Translations under genes and position numbers: made by a program
Origin: Octopus vulgaris
Taxonomy: Eukaryota
Assembly: GCA_951406725.2 (NCBI GenBank)
Contig: OX597818.1
Coordinates: forward strand, 23,560,001-23,624,000
Length of the DNA: 64,000 nt
Reading direction: 5' to 3'
In this document: one piece after another, positions 26,901-35,900 of the stretch
Position numbering within the stretch: position 1 is the first letter of the stretch
Layout: each line of letters starts with the position of its first letter
Notes under the pieces: generated by a model
Seen by the model: only the letters and a program-made list of their open reading frames with translations
What the model was told of the DNA's origin: nothing
The model's database searches: none

Positions 26901-29900
26901 AGTGCAAGTATTGTTTAACTCAAGTTCAAATCTTAGTTAAAAATATTTCTTCATTTACAATACTTGTACTCTTAGGAGAGAGAAGAGTATCACAAGAACT
27001 CCATCCATACCTAAAGGACAGAGGAAGAGAGACATAGACAGAACTACCTAAGCCACTAGCATAGCTAGAGTGTGTGCTACCCAGGGCGGCCCTTCCATTT
27101 CCTGTCCTTGGACCCCACAAAAACACATATCGCCTACAGCAGACCCAAAAGTGCCACCTGGGACAGGCTGCCCCTACTGCCCCCAAGCTACGCTAGTGGC
27201 CTAAGCTATGACTGACTGGAAAGTTTATTATATTCTTGAGATTAGAGACTCATATTACAAATAAATAAATGCTAACTTTTATGTATTGTGTGTTCTAATG
27301 AACTCATCCTTTCTGTAGCATGTTATTCTAAACCATGTTTAATTCAGTGATGGTATTAATTACTTAAGAGTTTTACTTCATAATTTTCCTCTGCTCTATT
27401 TACATAAACATGTAGTAAACATCTCTTCTTCTTAATATCATTTTGTAATGAAATTATAGCAAAATAAATTTTATGATTCACAGTATGCCTAATGTATCAT
27501 TTGTCAACTGTAGAACAGAGTTGCCAAAGCAAGCAGCACAAAATTTTCATTAAGTGGCAGATTATGTTACAGAGTACCCAAAATGGAAATTTTGCTTGTA
27601 ACACGAGAATGAAAAATAAATTATCCTTTTTAATACCAAGAAAGACATCAGGGATACTAGGTGTTTGTGTCTTGAAGATATGATACTGGTTATTGTAATT
27701 GTTATTTCCTTGTAATGATGAACCTCTTGAATGTGAATAATTTATTCAGTTTTGTTTTTCATCCATTAGGTAAAGAAATTACAATGCCCGATATTCTGGC
27801 AGCAATATTGGTAAAAAATAATTCTTTCAATATCACATGGATTGGACCAAGCCTTGGTCATCACCAGGTAAAATTATCTTTTCAGTTTTTTTCTGTTTAT
27901 TTTTTTAGATATAGATATATTGATGTAATGCTATATGATAACGAAACTTACTGTGAAAATATGTGTTGATTCTTTGGCGATGAATTAATAATTTGAGTAT
28001 ATTGAGTACATTCATCTCACAGATAATACATTCCAATCCTGAAAACATGAATATTATCAACAATGTACTTAAGGTAGAAGATATGTTATATAGGAAGCTA
28101 AATCATGCGGATGAAATAACCTAGTTGATAAGAATTATATAGCAGCAAACATTTTAATGCCATTTTCCCTGCTAAAGCGGGAATTTGCTTTGCAGGCCCC
28201 ATGACAGTACTCATACACATGGTTCCTTTTTTGAGACAGTAATTTTCAGCCAGATGCCCTTTCAGTCATCAACCTTGTTAGTTGCTTTTACTGTGTGTTA
28301 AAAAGACAGGTCATGGGTAAAAATAATATTAGCTAATTAACATTTACCTGGGCCGTCTAGAAATAAAAGATAGAAGTCACTTGAAAATGATCATCAGATA
28401 ACTTATATAGCATTATAACAATAAACGTCACCCTTTTCAAGCCTTGCCAGGTTCATGGGCCCGGTTTCCGTGGCGTATATGTTCCGCCAGCTGGACAGAA
28501 CACCAGTCCATCGCAGTGTTACTCAAGAAACAGGAAGAGAGAGTGAAAGTTGTGGCGAAAGAGTACAACAGGGGTTGCCACTACTCCCTGCTGGAGCCTC
28601 GTGGAGCTTTTAGGTGTTTTAGCTCAATAAACACACACAACACCTGGTCTGGGATTCAAAACCACAATCCTCCGACCACGAGTCCGCTGCCTTAACCACT
28701 GGGCCATTGCGCCTCCACACCATATAGCATTATGGAATAAACTAAATGTATAAAACTAAATGTATCAGAGCAAAAGAGAAATCACATCAGTGTCATTATT
28801 TATTTATGTGTAGCTTTTATAGATTACCCTCTTCCAGCTAAATGTGACATCCACAAAGATCACTTATCTTTCAGTTTTCTTTTTAATCTATATAATGATC
28901 ACCAACCTGTAATGATAATATTATAGCCACTATAACACATCTATATCGGTCCAGCATGTTTTCGTTGGTCTCCGTATGTTTTGTACATACATATCCTAAA
29001 ATGCAAATATTTTTAGATTGCTCTTTGGCAGAAACACTATAATACATTTTGTATTCAGCTTGTTTGAATTTAAATCAATATACACATCAATTAAGAAAGT
29101 AAGATCTAAAAGACAATTAGCAAGAAACTTTGTGATCACCTTGGAATCAATAAATTAAAACTGATGATAATTGTATTTCAAATATATTTTCTACTCCTAA
29201 CTCTTTTCTGTTTCAACCTGATTGCAGCGGTTTGCCATTTTCTATGACACAATTCCTCGTCATTTAGAGAATTCTCACATAAAAGATGCAAGATGGGTAG
29301 AATACACAACATCCCAGTTTATGGTCTTACAGAACTTACAGGCGTGTGAAGCTTATATTGTAAAAGTTGCAGTGGTAAGATCCAAGACAATCCCTCTTAG
29401 CCAACTCAGTTCTGAAATACTCTTCCAAACTTCATCAGGTAAATACTGTTTTATATCCATCATATCACATAAAATATTAACTTTAATAGTCATTACTGTT
29501 GCGTTAGATCAGCTAACAACAGCAACTATGATATTTTGTTGAGATTAACAATCATCATCATCATCATCGTTTAACGTCCGCTTTCTATGCTGGCATGGGT
29601 TGGACAGTTTGACTGAGGACTGGCAAGCCAGGAAGCTGCACCAGGCTCCAATCTGATTTGGCAAGGTTTCTACAGCTCAATGCCCTTCCTTATGCCAACC
29701 ACTCTGAGAGTGTAGTGGGTGCTTTTTATGTGCCACCAGGTGGCACTGGCATCAACCACACTTGAATGGTGCTTATGTGGCATTGGCCATGTTCAAATGG
29801 TGCTTTTTACATGCCAGATAGGCAGCACTGGCATCAGACACGACTACCATTTCACTTGACTCAACAGGTCTTCTCAAGCACAGAATATTGCCCGACGATT

Positions 29901-32900
29901 GAAGAGTATTTATAAAGGGTCAGTTATGCAACACTGGCATCAGCCAGGGCTACAATCCCACTTGGCTTGCTGTGTCTTCTCAAGCACAGCATATCCTCAA
30001 AGGTCTCAGTTGCTTGTCATTGCCTCTATGAGGCCCAACGTTTGATGGTCGTGCTTTACTACCTCAGCCCATGTTTTCTTTGGTCTACCTCTTCCACATG
30101 TTCCCTCCAAGAGTGTGACACTTCTTCACACAGTTGTCCTCATCCTTACCAGTGCAGTCATCTTTCTTGCACACCACATCTGATGCTTCTTATGTCCAAC
30201 TTTTCTCTCAGGGTGCTTACATCCAGTGAAGCACACTAGCTTCATTTTTTTTTCAAGCCTAGCATGTCCTCGGCAGTCACAGCCCATGACTGCTGTGTAG
30301 TATGGCTGTTTGCACAGATACATCATAGTCTACCTTTCACTCTGAGTGAGAAGCCCTTTGTTACCAGCAGAAGTAGGAGCTCTCTGAACTTTACCCAGGC
30401 TATTCTTATTCTGGTAGCTACGCTCTCAGAGCATCCATCCCCACAACTGACTTGGTCACCTAGGTAACGGAAGCTATCAACTACTTCTAGTTTTTCCCCC
30501 TGGCATGTGATGGAATCTGTTTTCTGTACATCTTAAGTGTTTATTGCCCCTGTGCATCTGACACACATAAAAGACTATCTTCTCAGTTAAACTTCCTTTG
30601 ATATTGCTGCATCTCTTATATGTCCATAGCTTATACCAGGTACATCTTATGGAGTTTCTACCTACACCTTTTCTACAGATCGAGCAGGGCCATCTACCTG
30701 AAGGGATTTGTGATTTGTCTGCCTTCCTATTTACTAAGACTTTGGTTTTTGCTAGATTGACTCTAAGGCCCTTCAATTTTAGACATTGCTTCCACACCTG
30801 AAACTTCTCTAGTTCTGGTAGATTCAAGGCCATTATGATAACAGAGAAAGTTCAATGTTTATTAAAGACTGCAGTTTGTCACTGAAAGGTTTCTTAATAA
30901 AACTCATTTTAGAGGCTGGCTGTTGTGTATGTCTCAGTTTCTCATCTCTGTTCATTATGATTGCGTGACTTGAATTGTAAACGTTTCGTTGCTTTTTTTT
31001 AAAATCAAGATGTTCGAGCACCACCTAAAGAAGTGCATGTGACTGAAGGCACCAATAAGAGTTGTATAAATATCACCTGGCAGCCACCATGCTCAGAAGA
31101 AAAAATTAAACAGGTTAGTTTTTGTGCTGAAATAGCTTAAATCTAATGTAAAAATATTTAACGTAGTGCTGTCGTAGCAAATTTATAGACTATTTTTTTT
31201 TATAAACTATCTGATGGAAAGACAGTTTCTCTTAGACAGGGAATATAGTCAATGTCTATTTGGATTCAGCATGAAAAGTTACATCAATATACCAAATTTG
31301 AAAATTTTCACTTAGTTTTAAAATTTCAAGATGTGTGACAATGGCCACAGAAGAGATCCAAAATTTGCTCAAAGACTAAGAGTGTAAAAACTGAATATTT
31401 TATACATTGTTTTAGTGGTTCTAAATGCAAATGACTGCTGGAGGCAACATCTCCTTTGACCTGTGCACATTAACTAGTCATTACTCTAAGATTTATGACT
31501 AATTAAAGAAGAGTTTTGGGAGTATCTGTCTTTCTTATAAATTACATTATCAACAATAAAATATGATGACCAGAAACTGAGTTTAAGTAAAACTAAATCA
31601 TAATACAAATATCTTCAGGTATTTTCAACACATTGTTTTTCTTTTATATTTTTTTTTCATTTTTTTCTTCAATGAAAATATTTTTTTGTTATTGCATGTT
31701 AAAGAAATATGTTTATTGACTGTCACTTACTTGATATACAGGTATACATCATCTATATCAATGGCTCTAACTCAGTGTCACCACTGCCACCTACAGACAA
31801 GAAATACCTTTCAACTGAGATCTGTAACTTCAGACGTGGTGCCACTTACAATATTTCCATAGGTCTTAGCCAGTCTCGTCTTTCAATACCAGTCTTATGG
31901 CAAGTTGGTAAGTTGTATTATTTTTCTGTTCTGTTTTCTTTATCTCATTTTCCTTGTATACTCAATTGTTCAAATAATGCATTTTACATATACACATCAC
32001 CAAACTAAAAAGTGTCTTTACTGGTTGACCAGCCTTTACAAACTATGACTATGGCAATCTCTTAGTTCTGATTCCATTACCTATGACAAATATATGATGT
32101 CTACATGATCATACTTTACCATCAGTATTATATATATAGAGAGAGAGAGACCAAAGTGTACGTATGCTGCTATATATTTTTTATATATAGAAAATATAAA
32201 AATGGGACAAGAATGCAAAACATCCAGTCAGACGATACAAAGAAAACAAGGACGGATCATTCGGAGTTTTCTATCCTCAGTCGAGTTCCAGATTATCTTT
32301 GCAATTTTGGCTGGTTATACTCGAGATTGCTCCAATCTGGCCAGCCCCAAGGAAAAACTAAGCTAAGAGCATTAGATTCCTTGGAAGAAAGCAGTGAATG
32401 TATACGAAAACGGATGGAAAAAAACAGGGAATGTTACACAAATACAAATATATATATAAGGAAGAAGGAGCAACCCTAGCCCTTTCAGGCCCTCTCTTTT
32501 TTATTTTTACCTTACTTGCTAAGTCCAGACAAAAGGCACTGCTCATGACCTTTGCAGCTTCTCCAAGACTGATGATCTTGATGTTTTGTTATAGACCAGA
32601 TTCCAGTAAGATGATGTTCTAGGGAGAAAGGATTGGGTATAGTGGTTAGTGCAGGGCCTGGTGGTTGGACATAACATGGATGATGAGCAGAAGAAAGATG
32701 AGTGGGCTAGAAGTGTCTGAGAGGAGGTGGCATAAGATCAGCCAACAAATGAGCAAATAGAGATCATTACAATAGTGGTAGAAAAGGCAGAGAGAGAAGA
32801 CATCGCATTTGTGCACCAGAATCTGAAGCACGTCTGTGAGGGATTTTATGTCCATCAGTTGGGTGACTTTCTCTGAACATGATCTAAGTTACAAGGGGAT

Positions 32901-35900
32901 ACTGAAGAGTTTCTGGCTTTGGGTAAAAGAAAATACAGGAGGATCAGTTAATTATGATTTTATTCAACATATTTCCCTCTCAGATTCACACACTAATTGC
33001 AGTGGTCCTTCAGTTTTTCTAAAACCTGTAAAAGAACTCAGAAGGTTGGGCTTCCAACCTGGCCTTTTGTGATAACCTAAAAGCCCGGAACTTTTCAGTA
33101 CCCTCTTGTATTTGTGTGTACAGCAGCAGCACCATTCAAGATATGGGAGTGATACTCCATTGTGGACCTTACCTGCACTTTGTAGAGATTCAGTATTTGC
33201 TAAGAGCTGAAACATTTAACTCATAAAGATCTTGTCTCTTTTTATGCCAAAAAACGAATATCTCAATTGCCACTTGTAACAAGAAAACACCAAGACACCA
33301 CACCTCCTTAGACATATGCAGCACTCAAAGCTTTGATGGTCACTGTAAATGCACTCTGTGTTATGTAAAATATGTGTAATACACATTGAAAATCATCAAG
33401 TATTGTAAAGTACTGAATTTTAGAGTATGCTGTGATTTTAGTTGTATGCTATTTGTGTAGTGAAGATGGAGAATTGCAAGTTTGATTCTTGAGTCATATG
33501 TTTAGAACCGTTTTGTGAGATAAACATTTCCATGACCAGATTCCTAATGTAATACGTTGCCTGTGATATTTAATTAATTTTGAAAGTAATCGGGCACGAG
33601 GAGAGTAAAATAAGTAATTTATTATCAAATTGGTGTTTATAGCATAAGCAAAGGCTCTACTTTAAAATTATGAGGGGAGGTTTTAAATTAAATAGGAATA
33701 ATTTTTAAAAATTGGTTTTGTATCATAGAGTTAGGTGGATTGGTACTGAAAGTTATAATACCATCATTGAAGGATATTTTGAAACTATGGAAGATGTGCA
33801 TGTCTGGCAGGTACACTTTGCCATACTGAAAGTCATCTATTCTTAGCCAAGCACATCTCACTACTATTTCTACTGGCTCTGTTATAGATTCTACTCTTTG
33901 GAACTTTTTAGATGTATTCCAACCTTGATTGTGCTTGCTTACCTCATTCCCAACTCTAAACCCTGTAACAAGCATTATAGATAGTTGATCATTTCATGGA
34001 ATACTACTTTGTAGAACTTACATCCGCTAATAAATAGCCACAATTCACTAACTTGAAATTCTTCAGGCACCACATCAACTACTCGTATCCCATTCACATA
34101 TGTACACAATATGTACACACACTCTCTCTCTCTCTCGCACGCTACAAGTCATGTGTAACTTGACATGATTCACTAACCAGCATTATTTCTTTCACTTTTC
34201 TAAAGAATATTAGTTTTGTCAAATAGTATTGATTATTATGATGATATTGTTTGTTTCTAATGGGTCCTATTCTGTAACTTTGCCAGAATACCAAGTTTCA
34301 ATAGGTTTCCCTGTGCTAATTTTGCACTACCAGTTTCTGATAGTTATTATTCTGTTGCAGAACGATACCCTGAGCCCAATGCTGTGAAGGTGGTCGATGA
34401 AGATCCGGATAAATATTATTACAAATTGATATGGAACAAAATCAACATACCATCACATTTGTTTACGGTGAGTCAATACACCCAAAGCAGTAAAACATGC
34501 ATGTACACACAAGTGTGTACAGGCAAGTTTATACAGATATACTTATAAATGTACACACACTGTTTAACAAAAAAAAAAAAAACTGGAAATCCCAGAAATG
34601 AAGCTGCTATGTATGTACGTATGTATGCAATGAAAACATCAAAGAATGGAGTTTGTGATATTACTTTTAATACATTGTTTGCAACCAATTCACACTTTGA
34701 CCAATCTTGTGTCATGTTCATTAACATGTCAGCTATTATTGATTTATTTCTATGCACTGTGTAAATGACCATTCACACAGTGTATAGAACTAAATCAATA
34801 ATTGCTTGCATGCCAATGAACATGACACAAGATTGGTCAAAGTATGAATTAGTGAAACAGTTGCAAACAATGTATTAAAAGTAATATCACTAAGTCCACT
34901 ATTTAATGTTATATATATATGTGTGTGTGTGTGTATATATATATATATCTAGTCTCTCCAACCACCAAGGTTGTCTGTTCTTCTGCACATGTATGTGCAG
35001 GCCTAGTGTGTGTTTTTTGTTTTGTTTTTGCTTTCTTTTCAAGAAAACTGACAGTTATCCATGCATACAAGTCTCTTTTCTTCCACTTATGTTTATTCAA
35101 GGGAAAGGTGACCAACTCTTGCATGATATGGCTTTTTTTGCCAGTGTCATTGCATGTGTTACTGTCAAAATACAGAGACCTAGATTAGATCTCACAAGGC
35201 ATCTTTTCCAACCCTCAAGCAATTTTGGATTGGTATTTTATTTATTGATCCAGAAACAATAAAACTCTATGTAGACCTCAGAGCACAGAGAATCACTACA
35301 AATACCACAAGGTTTTCTATCATCCACTATTCTGGCAAATCTGCCAATTTTCCACCTTATCTGTCTATCAATATACTGGTCAATAGGTTGGAAAGAAATC
35401 TTTCATAATGCATCAGCTTTCACAATTCAAATAAACTTGTCATTTGCATATCAAAAGGAAGTTTTGGTCAAGATACAACTCTCTTTTCTGATTTTATCCT
35501 GCTGAAGTGCTGAAGTCAGTTTTGCATTTCTTCTAGAAATGCTACTGTAAATATTAGTCTTTTATTTATATATTTTATATAATAATTTCTGAACAATAGT
35601 TAGTTAGACATTTCTAGTGAGCCAGTCACTGATTCACTACATTTCTGCTAACTAGAGTGATAAAAGAGTATCTGTAACTTGTAGCAGAGCTAGCTTGTAC
35701 TGTAATTGTAGCAAATACAACATATGGCTTCAACTTGTGACTATATGATTTGTGGTTCAGTCCATTAACCCCACATCTGTTTGTGTCTCATGTATAACTT
35801 TATAATTTCTGTTGCATCTTCAAAATATTCAATTCATTTAATCAGTATTGTGTTCATTTCTGATACAGGGCTATCAAGTAGTCTACAAAGTTGGTGGTGA

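Noticed and set aside
28640-28716. tRNA-like sequence (also at 23450-23527, 55524-55590 and 56812-56900)
   Set aside because: These are SINE heads with A/B boxes that continue into SINE bodies; no complete cloverleaf.
14462-30815. RTE fragment at 14462 ends (AESLLEL) almost where the 30815 fragment begins (LPELEKF), suggesting one split element
   Set aside because: On the minus strand the 5' piece lies downstream of the 3' piece, and ordered host exons lie between them; independent insertions are more parsimonious.
32255-32360. Possible hammerhead on the minus strand (GGCTGG...CCAGCC stem; CTGAGGA...CGAA)
   Set aside because: The core nucleotides and stems I/III could not be assembled into a consistent fold.
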